64,000 nucleotides of DNA from the NCBI GenBank assembly GCA_034420955.1, contig DAOUKV010000024.1, positions 83,443 to 147,442 of the forward strand, read 5' to 3'. A program made the translations under genes and the position numbers. Of the stretch, positions 7,355 to 16,703 are shown in pieces. Numbering within the stretch: the first letter of the stretch is position 1; every line of letters begins with the position of its first letter. Source of the stretch: Dehalococcoidia bacterium (GTDB lineage Bacteria > Chloroflexota > Dehalococcoidia > Lucifugimonadales > UBA1123). The notes under the pieces were generated by a model. It was given only the letters and a program-made list of their open reading frames with translations, was not told where the DNA came from and did no database searches.

Positions 7355-10300
7355 ATGGGCGCCAATCGTTTGCGCGAACCCTGGCGAGGAGTAAAGTCCA
7401 CTGTGAATTCCAAAAGTATACGCCGTGGCATTGTTCTTTTGGTAGCCCTCTCGGTGGCTATTCCCGGGATAGTGGTGGGAACGACGCTGTCGCAGCGTTC
7501 CGAATCACCCGACGAGCCCAACCCCGAGCTAACGTTGGAACAGACACAGGACTCGATCTCAAGTTCCGTCCCCCTCAAGCCCGACGCTCCGACGCTCACG
7601 CCGGGACACTTGAAGCTGGACGTATCGTGGAGCGCGCCCGGCAGTGGCGATACTGCGATTACAGGCTACAAGCTGCAGTACAAAGAAACCTCCGCAGCCG
7701 ACCAGATCGGGACCGGCAGCGCCCCTTCCACCGGCTGGGTGACGAGCGTCCAAAGCGGCGAGGCGACTAGAGCAACTATCGCAGGGCTGACTAGAGACAC
7801 GAGCTACGACGTGCGGGTACTAGCCACCAACATCGATGGCGACGGCCCCTGGTCCGACGAGGCGAGCGGCGCGCCCACCGAGTTGCGTATCGGGTTCACA
7901 TCCGCCTCCGCCACCTACGCTGAGACCGACAGCGCAGGCGCGCAGGCGGTCCGGTTCCATACGGTGAGCGGGACGATTCCACAGTCGGGAATCGACATTG
8001 ACTGGCAGATAGGCAGCGGCTCCACCGCGACAGGAACCGACGGAACAACTTGCTCGGCGGGGGATGACTTCCGGGCGCCCACGTCAGGCTCCGTCCGTCT
8101 CACTCAGTCGAGCGGCGCCCTACAACTGACGATCTGCGGCGATAACGTCGTCGAACCAAGCGAGACCATCGAGATAGAAATCGTGCCGAGGGCAGGGCGC
8201 TATAGCGGCGACGCCACCATGACGATCACCATCGAGGACGACGACGCTCCAGAGGGAGTGACGGTGACGCCCGGCGACGAGTCGTTGGAGGTCACGTGGA
8301 GCGAGCCAATAGTCCAGGGGTCGCTGGCGTTCTACGAGGTGCAGTACAAGGAGACTGGCGCCGAAGACTGGCCGACCGACCATACCGACGAAACCGACAC
8401 ATCCATCACCATAGACGACCTTGCCAACGACGTTAGCTACGACGTGCGGGTGCGCGCCGTGGCCACCGGCGTTACCGGGGCATGGTCGTCGCCGCAGACC
8501 GGTACTCCGCGGCAGGGCCTGAACCTGTCTTCGAACGCCAACCTGAGCGGCCTGACGGCGAGCGGCGGCTCCAGCGCGGACGGCGAGTTCACGGAGCTGA
8601 CGCTGACACCGGCCGCCTTCGACAAGGCGACGACGAGCTATACGGCGTCGGTAGATAACTCCATCACTCACGTGAAGCTGACGCCTACGGTGGAGGACAC
8701 CGGCAACGCCACGGTGAAGGTCGGCAAGGGGACAAGCCTGACGTCGGTGACCAGCGGTTCGTCCAGTTCCGCGATCGCGCTCGACGTGGCCGTCAACGCC
8801 ATCAAGGTCGAGGTGACAGCGCAGGATGCCACCAAGAAGACCTACACTGTGACCGTGACGCGGGCCCAGCAGGAGATCCAGACCCCCACAGCGCTGAACC
8901 TGGGTGTGGACTACGCTAAGCTCGACGAGGGCATGACCGCGACCGTCATCGCCATACTGAACCACCTGGCGGTCGAGGGCGGCTTCGAGGCGTCCCTTAC
9001 GTTCGCAGGCAGCGCCGACTTGAAAGGCGAGGTCAACGAGGGCGAAGAAGATTACACGGCGAGTAGTTCTACCATCGTCATTGCCGAGGGCAATGCAACG
9101 GCCACTGTGGCTCTCACCATCGCCGACGACATGGTGGACGAGGACGACGAGACCATCATCCTCAACGCCAATCCCCCAAGCGGTGTCTCCGTAAACGGCG
9201 TTACCATCACCATTAGCGACAACGACACGGCGGGAGCGACCTTGAACACGGGAAGCCTCAGCGTGGCCGAGAACGCGACCAACAACTATACCGTGGTCCT
9301 AGACACCAAGCCTGTCCACGACGTGATAGTTACACCGTCCAGCTCGTCCCCGGCGACGGCGACGGTGAGCGACGCGCTAACGTTCACGCCGGACAACTGG
9401 AGCGTGCCGCAGCCGGTAACGGTGACGGGGGTGGCCGCAGGCGCCACGTCCGTAACTCACTCTGCCGCAAGCTCGGACGCGAAGTACAACGGCAGTTCCG
9501 TCAGCATCGACTCCGTGGCGGTGACGACGGTTTCGAAACCGACCAACCTGAAGGTGACGCCCCAGGCATACAACGGCGGCCCCCTGTTGTTGATCGGGTT
9601 CGACGCGACCGCAGACGGGCACTCGGTTTTGACACAGGTGAAACAGGACACCGGCAGTTGGCCGGCGCCCTCGCTGGATCCTTCCCTGCCCTCCGACGCG
9701 AGCATAGACACCACCGGACTCAGCCGGGCGACAGCGCGGCGAGTAGTCGGCCTGGTGAAAGGGACCACCTACGACGTGCGAGCGCACGTAATAGGCGGAA
9801 ATCCAATCGCCGTCATCAGCGGCTCTTCATCCGACGCCGCGCAGGCCACCACCTGGACCGTGCCGGACGCGCCCACGGGAGTGAGCGCCGCGGCCGGCAA
9901 CACACAGATCGCGTTGACGTGGACCGAGCCTGCCAACAAGGGCGGCGCGGGCGCGTCCATCACCGGCTACGACGTGCAGTACAAGGCGAGTACCGACACC
10001 GAATGGACCGACTTCACCCACACCGACACTGCGACTAGCGCGATCATCGGCAGCCTGAACAACGGCACGACCTACGATTTGAGGGTGCGCGCCAGGAACG
10101 GCATCGACCCCGGAAGCGCATGGGCCACGCCCGAGGACGACGATCCCGCCTTGAGAACGCCGAGGTTGTCCGGCGACGCCACCCTCAGCTCTCTGGAGCT
10201 GACCGACGATGACGACAACGTCATATCCCTCGACGAGAGCTTCGCCTCCGACGTCTATGCCTACACAGTTACAGTTCCGGGTACGGTGGACTCGGTGAAA

Positions 10301-11269
10301 GTAACGTTCGTTCCCAATCACAGCGGCGCGACCGTAGAAGTGAACGGCACAGCCGTCGCCAGCGGCGCGACCAGCGACGCCATTGCCCTAGACTACGGCA
10401 ACAACGACATCACCGTGGTGGTAACGGCGGAGGACAGCGAAACGCAGACTTACACAATCACGGTGGCGCGGGTCATCGAGGCGAACTTCGAGCAGTCACG
10501 GTACGACGTAACTGAGGGCGTGTACAGCCACGCCATCGTAACCATCACCCTATCTACCGGGGCTACAGCGACCATCGCGGACCTTGCGGCGAGCGAGGGC
10601 CTGACGGTGACCGTGAGCTCCGGCAGCGCAAAACATAAGGAAGACTGGACGGGCGAAAAGAGCATATCGGTCTACTTCGATCAGGGGGACACGAGCGCCA
10701 GAATTTCCGTACGCATTGTCGACGACGATACGGCGGAGGGATCGGAGTTCTTCACCCTATCCCTGTCGGTCGGAGCGGGGGCGGCGACGGCCGGACTGGC
10801 CATCGGCCAAACCGGAACCGCGGATGTTTACATTGAGGACGACGAGGCGTACAGGCCACAGCTACAACGGTCTTTGGGCAGAAGCGACAGCGGAACGGAA
10901 TCCGACTCCAACCCGAACAACGGCGGGAACAGCGGGAATAACAACGGGAACGGCGGGAACGGCGGGAACGGCGGAACCTGCGCCACGTACACGGTCACTG
11001 TGCTCGGAGGGTATGAAGCTTCCTATACTAGCGAGTTCGTCTACCGCGCCTCGGGCGGCACCGCGCAGCGTCTCGGCATAGTGAACACTGACGTTGGCCA
11101 AAGCCGCACGGTCCCAAACAGTGGGTCAATCCAGTTCGGCATCTACGTGTGGGCCCGAGACTATCATCGATGGAACCCGCGCATCAGCGGCAACGATTAC
11201 TGGTTCGAAGACGAAATGGACAACGACTTCAACGACGCCGGATTGCGAGTTACCGGAACTGGTTGCTGA
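7355..11269 (+). CDS. Large secreted/surface protein with FN3, Calx-beta and cadherin-like beta-sandwich repeats, an Asn/Gly run and a DUF4114-like C-terminal domain
   Basis: 1304-aa ORF with an N-terminal hydrophobic anchor (IVLLVALSVAIPGIVVG). There are 4 FN3-like units (e.g. ITGYKLQYKE...YDVRVLA), 2 cadherin-like units (ANLSGLTASGG...TYTVTVTR) and Calx-beta-like units (IADDMVDEDDETIIL, IVDDDTAEGSEFFTLSL). The tail reads ...WFEDEMDNDFNDAGLRV. An alternative start is the in-frame GTG at 7403, after AGGAG. Confidence 0.8.
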   Translation: MGANRLREPWRGVKSTVNSKSIRRGIVLLVALSVAIPGIVVGTTLSQRSESPDEPNPELTLEQTQDSISSSVPLKPDAPTLTPGHLKLDVSWSAPGSGDTAITGYKLQYKETSAADQIGTGSAPSTGWVTSVQSGEATRATIAGLTRDTSYDVRVLATNIDGDGPWSDEASGAPTELRIGFTSASATYAETDSAGAQAVRFHTVSGTIPQSGIDIDWQIGSGSTATGTDGTTCSAGDDFRAPTSGSVRLTQSSGALQLTICGDNVVEPSETIEIEIVPRAGRYSGDATMTITIEDDDAPEGVTVTPGDESLEVTWSEPIVQGSLAFYEVQYKETGAEDWPTDHTDETDTSITIDDLANDVSYDVRVRAVATGVTGAWSSPQTGTPRQGLNLSSNANLSGLTASGGSSADGEFTELTLTPAAFDKATTSYTASVDNSITHVKLTPTVEDTGNATVKVGKGTSLTSVTSGSSSSAIALDVAVNAIKVEVTAQDATKKTYTVTVTRAQQEIQTPTALNLGVDYAKLDEGMTATVIAILNHLAVEGGFEASLTFAGSADLKGEVNEGEEDYTASSSTIVIAEGNATATVALTIADDMVDEDDETIILNANPPSGVSVNGVTITISDNDTAGATLNTGSLSVAENATNNYTVVLDTKPVHDVIVTPSSSSPATATVSDALTFTPDNWSVPQPVTVTGVAAGATSVTHSAASSDAKYNGSSVSIDSVAVTTVSKPTNLKVTPQAYNGGPLLLIGFDATADGHSVLTQVKQDTGSWPAPSLDPSLPSDASIDTTGLSRATARRVVGLVKGTTYDVRAHVIGGNPIAVISGSSSDAAQATTWTVPDAPTGVSAAAGNTQIALTWTEPANKGGAGASITGYDVQYKASTDTEWTDFTHTDTATSAIIGSLNNGTTYDLRVRARNGIDPGSAWATPEDDDPALRTPRLSGDATLSSLELTDDDDNVISLDESFASDVYAYTVTVPGTVDSVKVTFVPNHSGATVEVNGTAVASGATSDAIALDYGNNDITVVVTAEDSETQTYTITVARVIEANFEQSRYDVTEGVYSHAIVTITLSTGATATIADLAASEGLTVTVSSGSAKHKEDWTGEKSISVYFDQGDTSARISVRIVDDDTAEGSEFFTLSLSVGAGAATAGLAIGQTGTADVYIEDDEAYRPQLQRSLGRSDSGTESDSNPNNGGNSGNNNGNGGNGGNGGTCATYTVTVLGGYEASYTSEFVYRASGGTAQRLGIVNTDVGQSRTVPNSGSIQFGIYVWARDYHRWNPRISGNDYWFEDEMDNDFNDAGLRVTGTGC

Positions 11270-11301
11270 CGGTTGCCCAGCGGCCTTAGCTCACCAGTCC
11301 C

Positions 11302-11895
11302 CTACCCCGCCGCCTGTCGCCGCGCCCTCGTCTGTTCGCGGTGGCGGATGTAGAGGGTCGCCTCGTCCACAGCCATGCGGCCTATAGGGCCGGAGGCGTA
11401 CAGGGAGTTGAAGACGACGCCCCCGCGTATGATGATGAACTCCATCGGCTGTAGGTAGCGTCCGTGAGCCGCGTCTTCCGTCCACCAGGCGCCGAGCGCG
11501 GCGACGTCTTCCTCTGTTACGCCGTATGCTACGGGGAAGGATATGCCGGCCTTGCTCGCCATCTCAGCGGCGTCTTCCTTGCTCTCGGTGGTGGCGGCGA
11601 TCGCCGTAATCCCCATCTTGTCCAAACGTTCCATTCTGTCTTCGTAGCTGGCTAACTGCCGCACGCAGTACGGTCACCACTTGCCCCGGTAGAAGAGGAG
11701 CGCGACGTAGCGGTTCGGAATCTCGCGCGGCAGCTCTAACGAGCCTCCGTCTATGAGGTTGAGGTTGAGCTTTGGAAAGCGGTCTCCCTGTTGGAGTTTG
11801 TCGGACATGAGGACTCTCCGAGTGGTCTGCTCTGTCGGTCTGGCATCGTTGCGTTCAGGATACTGCAACGCTAGGGCAATTTCCACCGCACCCAT
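11302..11895 (-). CDS. Peroxiredoxin-like (AhpC/TSA, redoxin-fold) protein with an in-frame TGA at the first Cys of CxxC; candidate selenoprotein (UxxC)
   Basis: ORFs 11674..11895 and 11302..11664 are in the same frame and contiguous. Read through, the junction is ...ALLFYRGKW-TGA-PYCVRQLASYE..., the conserved FYRGxWCPxC redox motif with TGA (11674-11676) replacing the Cys codon. Confidence 0.6.
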
Positions 11896-11972
11896 ATAAA
11901 CTACTGTTTACACAAACAGGGGTATATGGGTAAACTGATTCGTTGACTTCATAGCTCCCGAGGAGGTTTACC

Positions 11973-14546
11973 TTGTCGCTGAAGTTGTTGAGCGCCCTAA
12001 TCGTTGCGCTGGCGGTCGCCGTAGGCGTTGTCGCGCAGGCATATGTGAATAATGTTGAAGCTCAGGGGGCGGGCGGCATGACGCTCACCGTCCGCAACGT
12101 TACGGGCGGCAACCCTTTGACGCCGCCCATCGCCATAGTCCACGACGGCAGCGTCATCACCGGCGCGTCCTCGCTGGACGGCCTGGCGGGCTTGGAAGAG
12201 CTGGCTGAGGCCGGGGCGCAGGAGCCACTGGCAACCACGCTTGCCGGACTGGCCGGCGTATCCGAAGTCGTCAAGATCGAGACGGCTCCCATTCCGGGAG
12301 GCGAGGAGGCGACCGGCACGGTGACAGCGATGCCGGGCGACTACGTTACCGTTGTCGCCATGCTCGCCTGCACCAACGACGCGATTGCCGTCGGAACGGC
12401 AATCATGTCTGAAAGTGGAGCAATGTCTTCTGGCCGAGTGTACGACGCCGGCACTGAAGTGAATTCCGAGACCGCCGCCTCCGTGCCGTGCCTGGGAGGC
12501 GCGGGCGTGTCGGACGCTAGCGGAGAAGGTTCACTAATGCTGCACGACGGCATCATGGGCGGCGCCGACCTGGACGCGACGACCCACGGCTGGGACGTGG
12601 CTGCGATGCAGTTGTTCGTCCACGCTGCAGGGACAGACGCTCCTGCGGCCGCCAACCCGACGCTGACGCTGGAAAACCTAACGGCCGGGCAGCCAATCAC
12701 CCCGCCCGTCGTCGTGGTGCACGATCCGAATGTGGCCCCGCTGACGTACGAATCTCCGGACGATCTCGACGGCATTGACGACCTCTCAGAAGGCGGCGTG
12801 ACAGGCGACCTGATAGCGACGCTGGGCGGCAGGCCCGGCGTGTTGTCCGCATTCGTTCTTAACACGGGCGGACCCATCCTGCCCGGGCAAGAGTACAACA
12901 CCGTCATTGCCGGAGTGGACGGCGCGGCGGTGTCCGTCGCCGGAATGTTCGCCTGCACAAACGATGCCTACATCCTGGCTACGGCGATGATCGAGCTGGA
13001 CGATGACGGCAAGCCAACCACTTTGGAAGCTATGGCGTCCGTCATAGACTCCGGCTCAGAATCGAACGATGAGACTGCGGATACGGTGCCCTGTCTGGGT
13101 GGCGAGGCCCTCTCCAGCGGGCTGGGCGAAGGCAGTCGGTCCGAGCACCCAGGAATCCAAGGAGGCGCTGACCTAGACTCGGAGACACACGGCTGGACCG
13201 CTGAAACCACCGCCAAGCTGACGCTGTGCAACCTCCGAGCCGACCAGCCGGAGTGGACCAAGACGCTGGTTCAGCAAGCGGTGGACCGCTACAAAAAGAC
13301 CGGTCTCGAGGAAACCACGGCCTACTACAACACCGATGAGAGCCGCGACGGTCAGTGGTACGTGTTCATCGCCGACCGGAGCTCCATCCTGCGCTCGCAT
13401 GTAACGCACGTAGGATGGCTCCTGGACCGCGTGCTGGGTCCGGACGGATATCCGGCCGGCAAGATGGTCAATGCCGTGGCCAATGAAGACGGCAGCTGGG
13501 TTAGCTACACTTACGTGAACCCGGCGTCCGGCGAAGTCGAGAGGAAGCATTCTTGGGCCATCCGGCATAGCGGGATTCTGTTCGGTTCGGGTTGGTACGA
13601 GGCGGGAGCTCCGAAGTCGGATCCCGCTGCCTACACCAAAGAGTTAGTCCAGCGGGCCACGGACCTGTACGACGTTTTGGGAATAGAAGATACGGTCGAA
13701 TACTACAACATGCGGAAGAGCGTGGACGGGCAGTGGTACGTCGCTATCGCCGATGAGAACAACGTTACCATAGCTTATCCGACCCACCCACACCGGATCG
13801 GAATGTCCTTGGAAGACAGCGTCACCTTCAATAGCTATCCGGTCGGCGCGGCCATAGTCGCCGTGGCTGATGAGGACGGAGGCTGGACCAGCTACACTCA
13901 CACGAATCCGGCGACCGGCGTGGCCGAGCTCAAGCATGCTTGGGCCATAAGGCATGACGGGCTGCTCTTCGGTTCGGGCTGGTACGAGCCAAGCCCTTCG
14001 AAGGACTCCCCCGAGGCTTACACCAAGGCGTTCGTGGAGCAGGCCGTCGAGCTGCACAAGGCCGTTGGCGACGAGAGGACCATCGCGTACTACAACACTC
14101 CCGAGAGCGTGGACGGCGAGTGGTACGTGTTCGTTGTTCAGGGGGATGCTATCGTCGCTCATGCAACCGTTCCCGAGAACATAGGCCAGAGCCTCCTGGG
14201 TCCGCTTGGGACCGACTCGACCGGCGAGGAGTTCGGCTCGGCCATCATAGACGCGCCGGAAGGCGGAGCGTGGGTAGATTACACCTACCTCAACCCGGCC
14301 TTAGGCGGGGAAGAGATAAAGCACACCTGGGTGGTGAGGAGCGGCGATCTGGTCTTCGGGTCCGGTTGGTACGAGCCGGTTCCGGCGCCCACGCCGACTC
14401 CGGAGCCTGCACCGGAGCCAGTGGATGAGATGCCTGAGACGGGCGACTTCTCGCTGACGGCGGGCTGGGCGCTTGCGCTTGCCCTGGCGGGCGCGCTCAT
14501 CGCCCTGGGCGGCGCGGTCACGATCGCTCGCCAGCGCGGACGCTAG
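11973..14546 (+). CDS. Cell-surface protein: signal peptide, 2 spondin_N-like domains, 3 single-Cache-like repeats, C-terminal sortase-type sorting signal
   Basis: 857 aa with a TTG start after GAGGAGG. Two units are of the type LT(V/L)xN(V/L)TxGxP(L/I)TPP(I/V)xxVHD...ACTNDA. Three repeats of about 125 aa are of the type YTKxxVxxAVxLY...YYN...DGQWYV...W(V/T)SYT(Y/H)xNPAxG...KHxWAIRHxG(I/L)LFGSGWYE. The C-terminus is MPETG plus a hydrophobic helix plus RQRGR. Confidence 0.75.
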   Translation: MSLKLLSALIVALAVAVGVVAQAYVNNVEAQGAGGMTLTVRNVTGGNPLTPPIAIVHDGSVITGASSLDGLAGLEELAEAGAQEPLATTLAGLAGVSEVVKIETAPIPGGEEATGTVTAMPGDYVTVVAMLACTNDAIAVGTAIMSESGAMSSGRVYDAGTEVNSETAASVPCLGGAGVSDASGEGSLMLHDGIMGGADLDATTHGWDVAAMQLFVHAAGTDAPAAANPTLTLENLTAGQPITPPVVVVHDPNVAPLTYESPDDLDGIDDLSEGGVTGDLIATLGGRPGVLSAFVLNTGGPILPGQEYNTVIAGVDGAAVSVAGMFACTNDAYILATAMIELDDDGKPTTLEAMASVIDSGSESNDETADTVPCLGGEALSSGLGEGSRSEHPGIQGGADLDSETHGWTAETTAKLTLCNLRADQPEWTKTLVQQAVDRYKKTGLEETTAYYNTDESRDGQWYVFIADRSSILRSHVTHVGWLLDRVLGPDGYPAGKMVNAVANEDGSWVSYTYVNPASGEVERKHSWAIRHSGILFGSGWYEAGAPKSDPAAYTKELVQRATDLYDVLGIEDTVEYYNMRKSVDGQWYVAIADENNVTIAYPTHPHRIGMSLEDSVTFNSYPVGAAIVAVADEDGGWTSYTHTNPATGVAELKHAWAIRHDGLLFGSGWYEPSPSKDSPEAYTKAFVEQAVELHKAVGDERTIAYYNTPESVDGEWYVFVVQGDAIVAHATVPENIGQSLLGPLGTDSTGEEFGSAIIDAPEGGAWVDYTYLNPALGGEEIKHTWVVRSGDLVFGSGWYEPVPAPTPTPEPAPEPVDEMPETGDFSLTAGWALALALAGALIALGGAVTIARQRGR

Positions 14547-14580
14547 ACCGCGTAGCGAACGGACATAGAGCTTAGCGCAG

Positions 14581-14642
14581 CCGCCCCGTTTGGGCGCTCC
14601 CTTTCGAGGGATGCGGCCCAAACGGGGCGGTTCTTTGCTTTT
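14581..14642 (+). terminator. Rho-independent terminator
   Basis: 15-bp stem CCGCCCCGTTTGGGC (14581-14595) pairs with GCCCAAACGGGGCGG (14616-14630), followed by TTCTTTGCTTTT. Confidence 0.75.
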
Positions 14643-14742
14643 AGGTGTTGGCAACTTGGGCGCGTTGCATTATTATTTGTCGGAATCATGGGCGCCAGTC
14701 TGTGGGACGCGCCGACAAGTTCCACCATTAGGAGATGGACAG

Positions 14743-15156
14743 ATGGTAAAACAGGGTGTTGAACCCGATGAGTTGACCGGGCCGTTTTGGGCAGCGGCGA
14801 ACGAGGGGCGGCTGGTGATACAGAACTGCTCCGCGTGCGACCGGCTGCAAAATCCGCCGCTGGGAGTGTGCGGCGCGTGCGGCTCCGGCGACAGCTTGGG
14901 CTGGAAGGAGATGAGCGGACGCGGCAAGATATACAACTACTGTGTGGTGTACGACTGCCCCATCGCGTCTTTGCAGGAAGACCAACCGTTCAACTTGGCG
15001 GTGGTCACGCTGGACGAAGATCCCGGAATCCAGATGTACTCTTGGCTGCCGGGCACTCCCGTTGACGATGTCCCGATTGGCGCGGCAGTCGAAGTGATGT
15101 TCGAGGCAACGGCGAACGGCCAAATGGCGCCGGAGTGGAGGGTGGTGGAGGGTTGA
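14743..15156 (+). CDS. Zn-ribbon/OB-fold protein (DUF35 family), partner of the adjacent thiolase-like protein
   Basis: ATG 14743 after AGGAG. The protein has a CSACDRLQNPPLGVCGACG zinc ribbon followed by an OB-fold-like C-terminus. A DUF35 plus thiolase-like gene pair is a well-known arrangement. Confidence 0.75.
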   Translation: MVKQGVEPDELTGPFWAAANEGRLVIQNCSACDRLQNPPLGVCGACGSGDSLGWKEMSGRGKIYNYCVVYDCPIASLQEDQPFNLAVVTLDEDPGIQMYSWLPGTPVDDVPIGAAVEVMFEATANGQMAPEWRVVEG

Positions 15157-15226
15157 CGACGGATGAGATCGGTTACTCTGTGTCATTCTGGGCGATGATG
15201 AATTCCAAGCTAGGGGGAGTAAGACT

Positions 15227-16561
15227 ATGGTAACTGCGATAGACGCACCGGAATCTATGTACAGAAGCGTCGAGGGACTAGGCGTTTGGGAACACCGCGG
15301 CAAGGTGGCGGCGGTCGGCATCGGCCACTCGCCAACCTCGCGTCGCTGGGACGGCAGGCCCGAGACTACGGTTGGCGCGGACGGGATTCTGTGTTTGCGC
15401 AATGCGATGGCGGACGCTGGCGTAGAGCCGCACGAGGTGGATGGCATCGTAGTAGTGCCTGTTACTACTACGGGCGCGCACTGGCCGGCGGAAACGCCGA
15501 TTCCGTGGGACGTGGTGAACAGCTTCGAGCGCACCGACGATCCGCTTGACGGGCTGGCGCAGTTCAGCGTCGAGTGGCTGCTGAAGAATACGCCGGAGCT
15601 TACGAACGTGAAGTTCGCGATGAACGCGCCCGGCTGCATGTCGGCGGCTATCGTAGTGGCGGCGCAGGCGATCGGCGACGGGCTTGCGAACACCTGCCTG
15701 GTGCTGAAGGGATGGCACAACCTGGAGGGACGCTACAACCATTCTGGAATCAGCGCGGCAGGCGCTGTGCCGGGCAACTACGCGCTCGGCCAGGGACGCT
15801 CCCTGTGGGGGCCGCCGGGCTGCTACGGCACCGCGCTCCAGTTCGCTCAGTACTGCACCAAGTACGGCAAGAATCACGACATGATGGCGCCGTTCATGGA
15901 AAATTCGCGTCGCAACGGGCTGATGTTCCCAGAAGGATATTGGGCGCAGCATCGTCCGGAGGAGCTGCCCGCTGAGGACTATCTGTCGGCGCGTTGGATA
16001 GCCAAGCCCGCGAACCTGTTCGACAACGACATACCGATTATGGCGTCGGCTGCGTACCTGTTCACCACCGCGGAACGCGCGCAGGACATGAAGCAGAAGC
16101 CGGTGTACATCATGGGACACGCTTCCAGCCGTGGGACGCCGCGCAGCCTCACGCCGACTCTCGACGAGGTGGAGGCGGAGACCGCCAGCACCGGTCGCAA
16201 GATCTTCGAGAGCGCGGGCATTACGGTGGATGACCTGTCGTTCGAGAATATGTACGACGGTTTCGCGCAGTTCCACCAGTTCCACGTAGAGGGCCTGGGC
16301 TACCGCGGCATGGGCTTCGGGGACGCGCTGGACTTCTACCAGACGGACATTTCGATTGAGGGTCCGAATCCGATTCAGCCCAGCGGCGGCAACGTCGGCA
16401 GCGGTCGCAGCCGCTTCTGGATGCATACGGACAGCATACAGCAGATTCAGGGACGCGCCGGCCCGCGGGCGGTAACGGGCGTGAAGCCAGAGATCGCCGT
16501 GTCGGGCGGACCTATGCCGCTTGGGGGCAACTTCACAGTCTGGAGCGCGACTCCGGACTAG
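15227..16561 (+). CDS. Thiolase-like protein (SCP-x / lipid-transfer-type thiolase family)
   Basis: 444-aa ORF directly downstream of the DUF35 gene. Length and sequence character are thiolase-like. The family assignment comes from context and overall similarity, not from checked active-site residues. Confidence 0.65.
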   Translation: MVTAIDAPESMYRSVEGLGVWEHRGKVAAVGIGHSPTSRRWDGRPETTVGADGILCLRNAMADAGVEPHEVDGIVVVPVTTTGAHWPAETPIPWDVVNSFERTDDPLDGLAQFSVEWLLKNTPELTNVKFAMNAPGCMSAAIVVAAQAIGDGLANTCLVLKGWHNLEGRYNHSGISAAGAVPGNYALGQGRSLWGPPGCYGTALQFAQYCTKYGKNHDMMAPFMENSRRNGLMFPEGYWAQHRPEELPAEDYLSARWIAKPANLFDNDIPIMASAAYLFTTAERAQDMKQKPVYIMGHASSRGTPRSLTPTLDEVEAETASTGRKIFESAGITVDDLSFENMYDGFAQFHQFHVEGLGYRGMGFGDALDFYQTDISIEGPNPIQPSGGNVGSGRSRFWMHTDSIQQIQGRAGPRAVTGVKPEIAVSGGPMPLGGNFTVWSATPD

Positions 16562-16703
16562 CGGCTAGAAGACGGGGGGCGAGGCCGGGCGCTCCGGCCC
16601 CGCCCGCGCGGTCGGCCCAAGCGATCGGTATAGGCGAACGCGCCGCGCTCTTGCCCGGCGTTCAGGTCGCTCCCCGCGCGGGAGTGATGGGAAAGGAACA
16701 GTT

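Noticed and set aside
11302-11895. Treating 11674..11895 and 11302..11664 as two separate small genes or as a simple pseudogene
   Set aside because: The single stop is TGA, precisely at the redox Cys codon, with both halves otherwise intact and in frame. The second half would need a GTG start inside the CxxC motif. Pseudogene status cannot be excluded without SECIS or sel-gene evidence, so the Sec call is given only moderate confidence.
14728-16426. Minus-strand ORFs 14728..15720 and 15278..16426, antisense to the DUF35 and thiolase genes
   Set aside because: These are high-GC antisense artefacts. They overlap each other and well-supported plus-strand genes.
16562-16703. GC-rich hairpin after the thiolase gene, considered as a terminator
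   Set aside because: The stem is imperfect and there is no T-run, so it was not confident enough to annotate.
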